Shown: in pieces, positions 1-9,984 of the stretch
Numbering within the stretch: position 1 is the stretch's first letter
Layout of the letters: every line of letters starts with the position of its first letter
NCBI GenBank assembly: GCA_965214405.1
Contig: OZ243956.1
Coordinates: 1,184,001 to 1,248,000, forward strand
DNA from: Trueperaceae bacterium
GTDB lineage: Bacteria > Deinococcota > Deinococci > Deinococcales > Trueperaceae
Direction of reading: 5' to 3'
Length of the DNA: 64,000 bases
The notes under the pieces: generated by a model
Seen by the model: the letters and a program-made list of their open reading frames with translations, nothing else
Databases searched by the model: none
Told to the model about the DNA's origin: nothing
Program-made: the position numbers and the translations under genes

Positions 1-2569
1 CTTGACATCTGCTCGGCAGCCTTGAGCACGAGCCGGTTGCGCCCCGCTTGTTTGGCTTTGTAAAGCGCGTCGTCCGCGCGGGCGAAAAGGCGTTTGGCGT
101 TGTCTCTGGGGCTGAAGTCGGTGCCGCCCAAAGAGACCGTCATGGGCCCCGTTTTGAAAGGGTGCGCCGCCACCGCGCCGCGGATGCGCTCGCCCAACTC
201 TGAGAGCTGAGAGAGGTCCGCGTGGGGCGCGACGAGGACGAACTCCTCGCCGCCCCAACGCGCTAAGAGGTCGCTACTGCGAACGGTCGCGCGCACCACC
301 ATACTGAGTTCGCGCAAGACCTCGTCGCCCGCGTCGTGGCCGTGTTCGTCGTTTACGCGCTTGAAGTGGTCCAAGTCGAGGACCAACAGCCCCAAAGGAC
401 GCGCGTGGCGGCGTGACAGCGCCATTTCGCGTTCTAGCGTCCGGTCGAACGCGCGGCGGTTGGGTAGCCCCGTGAGTTCGTCGTTTCGCGTTTGCCGGGA
501 GAGCTCTAGGGCCATCGCCACCTGGTTACACGCCATTTCCATGACCGTCAGCTCGTCCGCCGCGAAGTGGGTGCGCCCGCGCGTGCCGAAAGAGAGCGTG
601 CCGATAAGGCGACCGTGCGCGAGGAGCGGCAAACAGGCGTAAGCGCCCAGCCCGAGCGCGCGTAGGGGCAACAGGGGCGCGGGCACCTGTGAACCCTTCT
701 GGACGTCCTCGACAAACACCGCGCGCTGGCTCTTAGCCACCGCGCCGACCACGCCCTCGCCGAACTCGAGCCACTCGAGCGCCTTGACCACGTCCTCGGG
801 CAACCCCTCGGACGACGCGAGCCTCAAATGACGCCCCGTTTCGTCTTCGTCAACCAAATAGTTGAGGTAAATTTCCAGCCCCAAATGCGCCGAAAGCTTG
901 GCAAAAAGGCTGCTGACAAACTTTTGGGGCTCGTTGGCGAGCAGGAGCTGGTTCGCCATCTCGGAAAGAAGCGCCAGGCGCTCGTTACGCGCTCTTAACG
1001 TCGCCTCCGCCTCTTTACGGGCGATAGCCTCGGCTAAAACGTCGGCCACGGTCCCAACAAAGGCGACCTCGTCCGACCTGTAGGTCCGCGCCTGCGTATC
1101 ATACACACCCAAAATTCCGTAAGTTTTTCCGCGACTCCTGACGGGTGCGCGAACGCCGTTCACGGCCCCGTGCGCTTGCGCCGCTGCCGGTAGCTTTTTA
1201 AGGACCTCTGCCCTACCCGCGACTCTTACGCGCTCGTTAGCACGTTCACGCATCCGGGTCACCTCGGCTCCGCGCGCGCCCCAGCCCACGCCCGCGCGCC
1301 GCACGAGATAACCCGCGCCGCTTTCCGCGCTGATTCCTACGCCGCTTATACCGTCCGCCTCGCGCGCCTTCGCCCCTCCCTCGAGCCCGACACTCGCCCC
1401 AAGAGCGTCGGCTTGACGCGTTATTTTGTCAACTTTATGAGAATCAGGGCGAGCACCAAGAGGAGCGTCAGGCGAACCCGCGCTAGGGAGCTCGAGCACC
1501 TCTCCCAAAGGAAGCGACAGCGCCGCGTCACCCACACGACCGCCTCGCCCATCAGCGCCTGCGGTTCGGCCCCCGCGATGGCGCGCTGCCCCAAGTTTGC
1601 GACCACCTCCTGCTGCGCCACGCGCCGCCTGATGGACTCTTCGAATTCTTTGCGTTCGGTCACGTCATGCGTCGCCATCACCGCGCCGATCGTACGACCG
1701 GCGGCGTCTTTGAGCCTTTGCGCGTTGGCGCTCAACACGCGGGGTGTTCCCTCTGTGACGGCAACCACCAGTTCGGCCTCGCGCACGCGTTCACCCCCCA
1801 ACGCGCGGCAAATAGGAACACGTTCCTGAGGCAACCTAGTCACGCCGTCACTCTCAAAAAAGTTATGCGCCCAGGTAGAGACCGACGGGGGCTGTTCTGC
1901 ACCGTCACCAAGGCCCTGAAACCGACCTTCCAACCCGCCGTGAAACTCGCTCGCGGCGTGGTTCGCCATGACGATGCGCCCCGCTTCGTCGCTCACCACG
2001 ATGCCGTCGGTGATGTTGTCTAAAACCGTTCTTAAAAAGTCCCTTTCGCGCGCCAGCGCCTCCTCCGCTTCGGCTCTCGCGCGCCGCGCCTCGGCCTCGC
2101 GCAGCGCCCGCGTTACCGCCACGCCTAAGCGCGACAGTTTGCCTTTGTTGACGTAGTCCGCCGCCCCCTTTTGCATAAGCGCCACCGCCGCCTCCTCACC
2201 CACCGCGCCCGACACGACGATGCAAGGAAGGTTAGGCCGCAGCTCCTGCAAAAGCTCCAAGACGCCTGTCGAGGAAAAGCTGGGCATCGCGTGGTCGGTC
2301 AGCACAAGGTCCCAGGGATGAGCCAAAAGCGCCGCGCGCATCGCCTCATAGGTGTCTACGCGTTTAGAAAAAACATCGATATCGATCCGCTTTAGGGAGC
2401 GTAAAACGAGTTCGGCGTCGTCCTCGGAGTCTTCGACCAAAAGCGTGCGGAGGGAGTGTCGGGAGGCGTTCGCGCTCTCCTTACCAAATGTCCCCGCGTT
2501 GACGTCCAGCGTCCCCGCTTCTACGTCTGGAAGGGTGGCGTCACTCGAGGCGTAACTCACGTCGCTCAC
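1..2569 (-). CDS. REC-PAS-GAF-GAF-GGDEF diguanylate cyclase, split by one frameshift near 1525; runs off the window start
   Basis: ORF 1421-2569 has REC (LLVEDSEDDAEL, DLVLTDHAMP) and PAS domains. After GTGACGCGGCGCTG a second frame reads ALSLPLGEVLEL and stays open to position 1, with two GAF domains, DELTGLPNRR, DLDHFKRVND and RWGGEEF. Confidence 0.85.
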
Positions 2570-2905
2570 GCTGGCCCCCCAGCCAAACCTTCAAACGAGT
2601 AGAAGCGCGTTGCATTCATCACAGCCGGATGCACGCGTTTACCTTCGTCCGTCCGCCGCACCGTAAACTCTTCTCTTACGCATAGAATCACACCCCTCCC
2701 AATTCAGTGTAGCGAAAAGTAGAGAGGCCGCCGTGGAGAACTCCGCATTTCAAAGGGAGGGTGAAAAGCTTTACGAAGGGGCTCGAGCCACGCCTCTACC
2801 TCTTTCATGCAGTTTTTATACAGCCTTTATACGGTGCATGTCTACCGTGCGAAAGAGCTGAACCGAGACCGTTGTTAAGCTCGAGCGCGAAAATTATCAG
2901 AGTGC

Positions 2906-4063
2906 TTAAATCAGCGCCCCTAGCCCCGTCAAGTCCCGACCCACGATGAGCGTGTGAATATCATAGGTGCCTTCATACGTATCGACGGTTTCCAAATTGA
3001 GCATGTGCCGAATCGCGTGGTACTCCAAGGTAATCCCGCTCCCGCCCAAGACCTCGCGCGCCAGCCGCGCCCCCACCAGGGCCGCGCGCACGTTGTTGCG
3101 TTTGGCTAAAGAGACCTGCGTGTAGGTCATCTCGCCCGCGTCTTTGAGCGTGCCGAGGCGGTGCGCCAGCAAGAACCCTTTGGTGTGCTCGCTAACCATC
3201 TCGACCAGCTTGTGCTGGACAAGCTGGCGCGAGGCGATGGGTTTTTGGAAGGTGGAGCGGCTTAATGAAAACTCGAGCGCCTCCGTATACACCGCCTCCA
3301 GCGCCCCCATCGCGCCCCAGGCGATGCCGTAACGCGCCTGGGTGAGGCAGCCCAAAGGCCCCTTGAGCCCCTGCACGTTGGGGAGCATCCGGCAAGCGGG
3401 CACGCGCACGTCTTCTAAGACAAGTTCACTTGTGACGGAAGCGCGCAAGCTCATCTTGTGCTTGACCTTGTTGGCGCTAAAGCCTTTAGCGTCCGTGTGG
3501 ACGATAAAGCCGCGCACCGTTCCCTCGTCGTCTTTGGCCCAAACCACCGCCACGTCGGCGATGTTGCCGTTGGTAATCCACATTTTGGAGCCGTTGAGCA
3601 CATAATCATCGCCGTCGCGCCGCGCGCGCGTTTTCATCGCGCCGGGGTCGGAGCCGCCGTCGGCCTCGGTTAAGCCGAAGCAGCCAATCATCTCGCCCGA
3701 GGCGAGTTTGGGCAGGTAGGTTTCTTTTTGCTCGTCACTCCCATAAGCATGAATGGGGTACATCACGAGCGCGCCCTGCACCGAGGCGAACGAGCGGATG
3801 CCCGAGTCGATGCGCTCGAGCTCGTACATGAGAAGCCCGTAAGCCACGTTGCTGAGGCCCGCGCCGCCGTATTCGGGGGGCAGGTTGGGGCCGAAAAAGC
3901 CCATCTCGCCAAAGCTTTGGGCTAATTCCTCAGGCAAAAAGCCCTCTTCAAACCACTCGCGGATGTGCGGCAGCACCTCGGCGTCTAAAAACTTACGCGC
4001 CGCCGCGCGGGTCTGGCGTTCTTCGGAGCTTAGGAGGTCTTGAACGTTGTAGTAGTCAAGCAT
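2906..4063 (-). CDS. gcdH: Glutaryl-CoA dehydrogenase-like acyl-CoA dehydrogenase
   Basis: ELERIDSGIRS, GCFGLTEADGGSDP, KMWITNG, NLETVDTYEGT motifs. Confidence 0.8.
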   Translation of the reverse strand: MLDYYNVQDLLSSEERQTRAAARKFLDAEVLPHIREWFEEGFLPEELAQSFGEMGFFGPNLPPEYGGAGLSNVAYGLLMYELERIDSGIRSFASVQGALVMYPIHAYGSDEQKETYLPKLASGEMIGCFGLTEADGGSDPGAMKTRARRDGDDYVLNGSKMWITNGNIADVAVVWAKDDEGTVRGFIVHTDAKGFSANKVKHKMSLRASVTSELVLEDVRVPACRMLPNVQGLKGPLGCLTQARYGIAWGAMGALEAVYTEALEFSLSRSTFQKPIASRQLVQHKLVEMVSEHTKGFLLAHRLGTLKDAGEMTYTQVSLAKRNNVRAALVGARLAREVLGGSGITLEYHAIRHMLNLETVDTYEGTYDIHTLIVGRDLTGLGALI

Positions 4064-4213
4064 AGAGAAAACTATATCGTGATTCTGGCCGCCTCACCGT
4101 TTGTGTTCTTTATTTTTTTGGCCCCCGAATCTCGCACTACGCAGCGTGAGAGTTGGGATGCAAACGCGTGCTGACAAAAGGCTTGAGAGGCTGCATAGGG
4201 AGGTGTTGGACCC

Positions 4214-5239
4214 TCAGAAACCTCCTCGAGCCTCGACAAACTCGAGCACCTCGGTTTCAAAACCCATAAAGTTAGCGCAGCCGTGCCTGGTCACCACCAG
4301 CGCGCCGCACGCGTTGCCCATGCGGGCGCTTTTGTAAGGGTCCCAATTTTTAAGCCGACCATAAATAAAGCCGCTCGCAAACGCGTCCCCCGCGCCGAGC
4401 ACATTGTAGACCTCCACCGGGAACCCAGGCGCGCGAACCACCTCACCGTTACGCAGGTGAACCGTCGCCCCCTCCGCGCCGCGCTTGACGACGAGCGCTT
4501 CCGGCCCCTGAGGTCGCGCCAATATCGCCTCGATGTTCGCCTCTACATCCCCGCGGATTTCGGGCGCGGACACTTGCTGATGCTTAACTACAATATCGTT
4601 GGGGTCGGTAATCATGGCCGCGTTGACCTCCTCTTCCGTGCCCATCGCCACGTCGACGAGCGGCAGGAGGGCGCGGACGTTGACGCCGAACGCGCGCGGG
4701 TCGCGCCACTGGTCGGCGCGGAAATCGAGGTCGAAGAAAACGGTGCGGCCCGCGCGCTGGGCCTCTTCCGCGGCGAAAAAGGTCGCGCTGCGGCTCGGCT
4801 CTCGGCTCAAACCCGTGCCGGAAATTTCCAAAGCCCTCGCCTCCGCCACGGGCGCGGCGAGCACGTCGTCGATGGTAAGCGCTAAGTCCGCCGCGTTGTC
4901 GCGGTAGTAGACGAGCGGGAAACGGTCGGGCGGCTCGATACCCAAGACGACCGCGCTGCTCCGGCGTTCTCTCTTTTTAGGGATAAAGTCGGTGTTGACG
5001 CCCTCACGGTTCAGAAAGTGGAGGATGAAGTCGCCCACCTTGTCCTCACCGACAGCGGTAAGCAGCGCGACGTTGAGCCCCAGCCGTTTGGCCCCCACCG
5101 CGATGTTTGTCGGACTTCCTCCGACGTAGGCGGCAAAGCTCTCAATCTCTTCAAAGGGCGCGCCCACCTCGTTGGCGTAGAGGTCGATGCTCGAGCGCCC
5201 CATCGTGATGAGGTCGAATTTCGTGTCCGGTTGAGTCAT
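4214..5239 (-). CDS. iolC: 5-dehydro-2-deoxygluconokinase
   Basis: PfkB kinase: GRSSIDLY, GGSPTNIA, GAGDAFASG; iol cluster context. Confidence 0.92.
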   Translation of the reverse strand: MTQPDTKFDLITMGRSSIDLYANEVGAPFEEIESFAAYVGGSPTNIAVGAKRLGLNVALLTAVGEDKVGDFILHFLNREGVNTDFIPKKRERRSSAVVLGIEPPDRFPLVYYRDNAADLALTIDDVLAAPVAEARALEISGTGLSREPSRSATFFAAEEAQRAGRTVFFDLDFRADQWRDPRAFGVNVRALLPLVDVAMGTEEEVNAAMITDPNDIVVKHQQVSAPEIRGDVEANIEAILARPQGPEALVVKRGAEGATVHLRNGEVVRAPGFPVEVYNVLGAGDAFASGFIYGRLKNWDPYKSARMGNACGALVVTRHGCANFMGFETEVLEFVEARGGF

Positions 5240-5309
5240 AAGCGTCCTAAAGCAGAAGTGGGTAAGGCAGTGGTGAGTGATTAGTGGATAGTGATGAGAT
5301 TGGGCAGCG

Positions 5310-6314
5310 TCACTGTATTTCCGAAAGGGTGACGGGGCGACCCTCTTTGAGGCTTTGGGTGGCGGCGTCGGCAGCGCGGAGGGCTTCGGTGGCGTCTTCG
5401 GCGTTGGGGCTGGGTGCGCGTTCTGCCCGCACCGCGTCCACGAACGCCTGGAGCTCGAGCCTATACGCGTCCCGAAAGCGCTCGAGGAAAAAGTAATAAA
5501 AGTCGCCCTGGACGCCCCTCTCGGTGTAGCGCCAGAGTTTGGTGGCGCGTTCGTCCTCCGCGACGAGCTTGCCTAGCGCGCCGTGGACCTCTACGCGCAG
5601 GTCGTAGCCGTACACGGTGCGCCGCGTGTTTTGAAGAACGCCGATGGCCCCGCTCTCGAACTCGAGCGTGACGATGCTCGTGTCCACGTCGCCATACTTT
5701 TCGTACAGAGGCTCGACCAGCACCCGGCCCAGCGCGCTCACGCGCGTGATGGGACCCGCGACAAAGCGCGCCATGTCGAGGTCGTGGATGACCGAGTCGC
5801 GGTAAAAGCCGCCCGAGGCGGCGATGTACGCTTCCGGCGAGGGGGCGGGGTCCGACGATTGAGAACGGAACATCTCGACTCGCCCGAGTTCGCCCGCGTG
5901 AACCGCGCGCGCCAGCTCGGCGTAGGCGGGGTCGAAGCGGCGGTTGAAGCCGATCTGAAAGGGCACGCCCGCGTTCTCGACGGCGGAGAGAGCTCGAGCG
6001 CTCTCCCGCCCGTCCAGCGCCACGGGCTTTTCGCAAAAAATCGCCTTGCCCGCCGCCGCTGCCGCCACAATTTGCTCGGCGTGCTGCGGCGTGGGTGAGG
6101 CGATGAGCACCGCCTGGATGTTGGGGTCGCCAAAAATCTCCTCGGCGTCATCGGTGGCGTAGGCGTTGTTAAACGCCGCGCGCGCCGCCGCGCCTTGTAA
6201 CGCGTCCATCACCGCCACGAGGTGCGCGCCGTCCACCGCGCCCGCGAGGTGCCGCGCGTGGAGCGCGCCGATACGCCCCGCGCCCAGGACGCCGAAGCCC
6301 AGAGAGGCCGTCAC
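5310..6314 (-). CDS. iolG: Inositol 2-dehydrogenase (Gfo/Idh/MocA)
   Basis: GAGRIG, CEKP, GFNRRFDP, DSVIHDLD. Confidence 0.85.
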   Translation of the reverse strand: MTASLGFGVLGAGRIGALHARHLAGAVDGAHLVAVMDALQGAAARAAFNNAYATDDAEEIFGDPNIQAVLIASPTPQHAEQIVAAAAAGKAIFCEKPVALDGRESARALSAVENAGVPFQIGFNRRFDPAYAELARAVHAGELGRVEMFRSQSSDPAPSPEAYIAASGGFYRDSVIHDLDMARFVAGPITRVSALGRVLVEPLYEKYGDVDTSIVTLEFESGAIGVLQNTRRTVYGYDLRVEVHGALGKLVAEDERATKLWRYTERGVQGDFYYFFLERFRDAYRLELQAFVDAVRAERAPSPNAEDATEALRAADAATQSLKEGRPVTLSEIQ

Positions 6315-6423
6315 AAGAGACGTTCTCCTGTGTACCGGAGAGAAGCACAGGATTCGTCCGCCCGTCGTGGTGTCACTCGAGCCCCACCACTTACCCTGTC
6401 ATCCAACCTGTTAGTCAATCCCG

Positions 6424-8358
6424 TCACTTAAACCGCACCTGCCTTTTCTTCTCCTCTTCATACTTCTTGCGCGCCTCCTGCACGCTTCTCTGCGTACTCA
6501 CCTCCGCCGGGGGGCAGTCCCACCAGCCGCCGAAGCCGTACGAGTCGACGCGCTTGTTCGGGTCGACCTCGACCACCACGACGTTAACCCCGCGGCGCGC
6601 TCGAGCCTCCTCCAAAGCCCTCCGGTAATCCGCCGCCGTGTCCGTGAAGACCGCGTGCGCCCCCATCGCCTCGGCGTGCTTGGCGTAGTCCACGCGGACG
6701 GTGGGGCCGTCCAAAAGATTGGCCGCGTCACGGTGGCGCAGCTCGAGCCCGAACTGCGCCGTCCCCGTGCTTTGCTGAAGTCCCCGAATGCTACCGTAAC
6801 CGTGGTTGTCGACGACTATAATGGTGAGGTCGAGCCCCTCCGCGACCGCCGTGACGATTTCCGAATTCATCATGAGGTAGGAGCCGTCGCCAATCAACAC
6901 AACCACCTCGCGCGCAGGCTCGGCCAACTTGACACCGATGCCCGCCGGGATTTCGTAGCCCATGCAGGAGTAGCCGTACTCGATGTGATACGCCCGCGGG
7001 TCATTGGGCCGCCAGAGTTTGGCGATGTCGCCGGGAATGCTGCCCGCGGCGTTGATGACAACGGCCTCACCGCCGAACACGTCGTTGGTGAGGCCCAGCA
7101 CCTCGCCCTGGCCCAACGGAGGCTCCTTGACCCGTTTGATTTCATCGACCACACCGTCCCACGTTTGTTTGAGGCTCGAGGCTCTTTGACAGTACGCGCG
7201 GCTGGTGCCCCCGTAGCCCACGCCCGCCAAAGCTTCGGTGAGCGCGCCCAAGCTGCGTTTAGCGTCGCCCACGACGGGCAGCGCGAACAGCTTGTGCGCG
7301 TCCATCGGGGTGACGTTGACGCCGATGACTTTGGCGAGGGGCGCAAAGGCCGTCTTAGACCCGGTCGTAAAGTCGGCCAAGCGCGTGCCGACGGCGAGAA
7401 TCACGTCGGCGTCTCTCGCCAGCTCGCTCGCCGCCGAACCCGCGAGCGAGCCCACGTTCCCCAAGCTCATGGGATGGTCCCAGGGCAGCGCGCCCTTGCC
7501 CGCTTGCGTCTCGGTCACGGGGATGCTGAAGCGTTCGGCAAAGGCCGCCAGGTCGCCCGTCGCCAGGCTGTACTTGACGCCGCCCCCGGCGATGATGAGG
7601 GGACGCTCCGCACTTTTTAGGAGAGCAGCGGCCTCCGCGATGACCTCGGGCTCGGGCAGCGGGCGGCGAATCCGCCAGACGCGTTTGTCGAACATTTCAA
7701 GGGGCCAGTCGAACGCCTCGGTTTGCACGTCTTCGGGGAGCGACAGCACCACCGCGCCCGTTTCGGCGGGGTCGGTGAGGACGCGCATCGCCTCGGGCAG
7801 CGCGTGAAGAAGTTGGACGGGCCTCGAGACGCGCGTAAAAAAGCGGCTCACCGGGCGGAACGCGTCGTTGACGCTCACGTCGTGCTCGGTCGGGTGCTCG
7901 ACTTGCTGCAACACGGGGTCGGGGAGGCGGTTGGCGAAATAGTCCGAGGGCAGCAGCAAGACCGGCAGGCGGTTGATGGTCGCCAAGGCCGCGCCCGTAA
8001 TCATGTTGCTCGAGCCCGGACCCACCGAGGCGGTGCAGGCGAAGGTTGACAGCCTATTGAGATGCCGCGCGTAGGCCACCGCCGTGTGGACCTGGGCCTG
8101 CTCGTTTTGCGGGCGGTAGAAGGGCATATCAACGGCGAGGCCATACTCCTGCATCGCCTGACCCAGCCCCGGCACGTTGCCGTGGCCCTGGATGCCCCAC
8201 AGTCCCGCGATGAGGCGCTGCTGCGCGCCGTCGAACTCGGAATACTGAGCCGCCAGAAACTTAACTAAGGCTTGCGCGACGGTTAGGCGCTTTGTCCTCA
8301 CGTTTTCACCCCTGACTTCTCTGTGGTAAATTAACGATGCAACGCCTAATGGATTCAT
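6424..8358 (-). CDS. iolD: 3D-(3,5/4)-trihydroxycyclohexane-1,2-dione acylhydrolase; start 8358 (ATGA-coupled) or GTG at 8301
   Basis: RLTVAQALVKFL, GHGNVPGLG, EYGYSCMGYE, TPP motif GDGSYLM. Confidence 0.93.
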   Translation of the reverse strand: MNPLGVASLIYHREVRGENVRTKRLTVAQALVKFLAAQYSEFDGAQQRLIAGLWGIQGHGNVPGLGQAMQEYGLAVDMPFYRPQNEQAQVHTAVAYARHLNRLSTFACTASVGPGSSNMITGAALATINRLPVLLLPSDYFANRLPDPVLQQVEHPTEHDVSVNDAFRPVSRFFTRVSRPVQLLHALPEAMRVLTDPAETGAVVLSLPEDVQTEAFDWPLEMFDKRVWRIRRPLPEPEVIAEAAALLKSAERPLIIAGGGVKYSLATGDLAAFAERFSIPVTETQAGKGALPWDHPMSLGNVGSLAGSAASELARDADVILAVGTRLADFTTGSKTAFAPLAKVIGVNVTPMDAHKLFALPVVGDAKRSLGALTEALAGVGYGGTSRAYCQRASSLKQTWDGVVDEIKRVKEPPLGQGEVLGLTNDVFGGEAVVINAAGSIPGDIAKLWRPNDPRAYHIEYGYSCMGYEIPAGIGVKLAEPAREVVVLIGDGSYLMMNSEIVTAVAEGLDLTIIVVDNHGYGSIRGLQQSTGTAQFGLELRHRDAANLLDGPTVRVDYAKHAEAMGAHAVFTDTAADYRRALEEARARRGVNVVVVEVDPNKRVDSYGFGGWWDCPPAEVSTQRSVQEARKKYEEEKKRQVRFK

Positions 8359-9905
8359 ACATTTTTCAAATATTCCTTTCCCTGAAGAGTTGTCCGATAT
8401 TTTTGAGTAGGAGACCGAGGGGCATTGGGCTCAGTCATTTCAAGCAGATTTGCCTCTAACAAGGGAATGAGACGGGAAACGCGAAAGCTATGCCGAGAGG
8501 AAAGGCCAAGATAATCCTGCATTTCCTGTCGGCTTCTGGGCTCCAAGCAGAACTCGAGCAACTGAAGATTGACGTCATCTAACATAGGCGGTAACTGAAT
8601 TCCGACTTGACCTGTTACTTGACCTACTTGACCTGTTACTTGTTGTACTTGCAAGACCGCTTCCGGATGGATCGGTAAAATCGTGACAAAATAGGTTCGT
8701 CCCTCATCAGTTTTGAATTGTGGTGCCGGTGAGCCATTTGAACGCATAGCACGGATAATTTTAGGAACACCGGTGCCTCTTCCTTCTGTAAGCCTAAGCT
8801 CCTTCAAGAACTCACCGATTCGCCTGTTGCGGTATCGCCTAGCGATAAACTCTCCCGACTCCAAATCTTCTATTGAGATTGACCGGTCAGGACCAGGGTA
8901 ACTCGTTATCGTCATATGATCCGGTAAAATACGAAGCTCGATAGGTTCGCGTTCCTCATAGCTTCTGTGGTAGATGGCGTTGACTAGTGCTTCCTCTACT
9001 GCCGCGTAAGGATAGTTAAAAAAGCGATCAGCTTCCGCGCGGTCTGGACGCTTACGAATGATTTCTTGAATGATGTTGTTTTGGAGAAATGACAGTGCAT
9101 CTTTAGCTTGTCGTCCAATAGGACCCGTAAATGATCTCTCGAGAATAACGTCGCCTCCCACACCATCGGGAAACCTAACAATATCTACTTTTGTCTCTGG
9201 AAAAAACCGCTCTGGATTTTCGTTGAAAAACATTAATCCGACGTTTCGTGGACGCAAGTATTCGCTGGGACCATCAACAATTCTCATACGCTTACAAAGT
9301 TCCGGTAACTTCATGCGAACAGAATCTTCGGAAAGCTCACTGCCAACCTCTCTCAAATGGGCTTGCATAAAGGAGAGCTTTAGATCGTTGATTTCCGCGC
9401 GCTGATTAATGCGGTCATCAAACGGAATTTTAGCAGACAGGTTTAACAGCTCTATTTCTTCGTCTGGCGAGGCTCTGACCGTAGATGATAATTTACGGAT
9501 GTAGTAACCATATTCTTTTTTGTTTTTAGAAAGAGAAACTGGTGCCTTGTAGGGGCGGTTTTCTCCCCCTAACGCCCATAACACCAAAACATGCTTCTCA
9601 TTAACGATGTACGGCTCCACAATTGGATGATAATGAGGAATAATTTTGTAGCCGAGGTTGAGAATATCCTTTTGCATCTTATCAATCTGACTGGAGCGTA
9701 CGCCCGCAGGAGGCAGAATAGGTTGACCATCTTTTTCTGCGACTCCTAAAAATAAGTAGCCGCCACCTAAGTTATGAAAGTCATTTGCGAAGGCGCAGAG
9801 GGTATGGAGAATATCCTGGGGATTCCATCCTGCTTTGAACTCGAGTCGCTCCCACTCGATAGAGCGCCCATTAAGCAAATCATTTATATTGATTGGAAGA
9901 GACAT
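8355..9905 (-). CDS. Schlafen/AlbA_2 domain + HATPase_c_4 (RecG-C-like) + C-terminal winged HTH protein
   Basis: EWERLEFK...CAFAN...GGGYLFLGV (AlbA_2); EALVNAIYHRSY, YRNRRI, EGRGTG (HATPase_c_4); MTEPNAPRSPTQKY tail; visibly AT-richer than flanks. Confidence 0.85.
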   Translation of the reverse strand: MSLPININDLLNGRSIEWERLEFKAGWNPQDILHTLCAFANDFHNLGGGYLFLGVAEKDGQPILPPAGVRSSQIDKMQKDILNLGYKIIPHYHPIVEPYIVNEKHVLVLWALGGENRPYKAPVSLSKNKKEYGYYIRKLSSTVRASPDEEIELLNLSAKIPFDDRINQRAEINDLKLSFMQAHLREVGSELSEDSVRMKLPELCKRMRIVDGPSEYLRPRNVGLMFFNENPERFFPETKVDIVRFPDGVGGDVILERSFTGPIGRQAKDALSFLQNNIIQEIIRKRPDRAEADRFFNYPYAAVEEALVNAIYHRSYEEREPIELRILPDHMTITSYPGPDRSISIEDLESGEFIARRYRNRRIGEFLKELRLTEGRGTGVPKIIRAMRSNGSPAPQFKTDEGRTYFVTILPIHPEAVLQVQQVTGQVGQVTGQVGIQLPPMLDDVNLQLLEFCLEPRSRQEMQDYLGLSSRHSFRVSRLIPLLEANLLEMTEPNAPRSPTQKYRTTLQGKEYLKNV

Positions 9906-9984
9906 AATAGACCTTAGATTAGCGCATGTGTGGATTGGGTATCATGATTTGCGCCTTAGAACAAAATGGCATACGGATTGTAGA

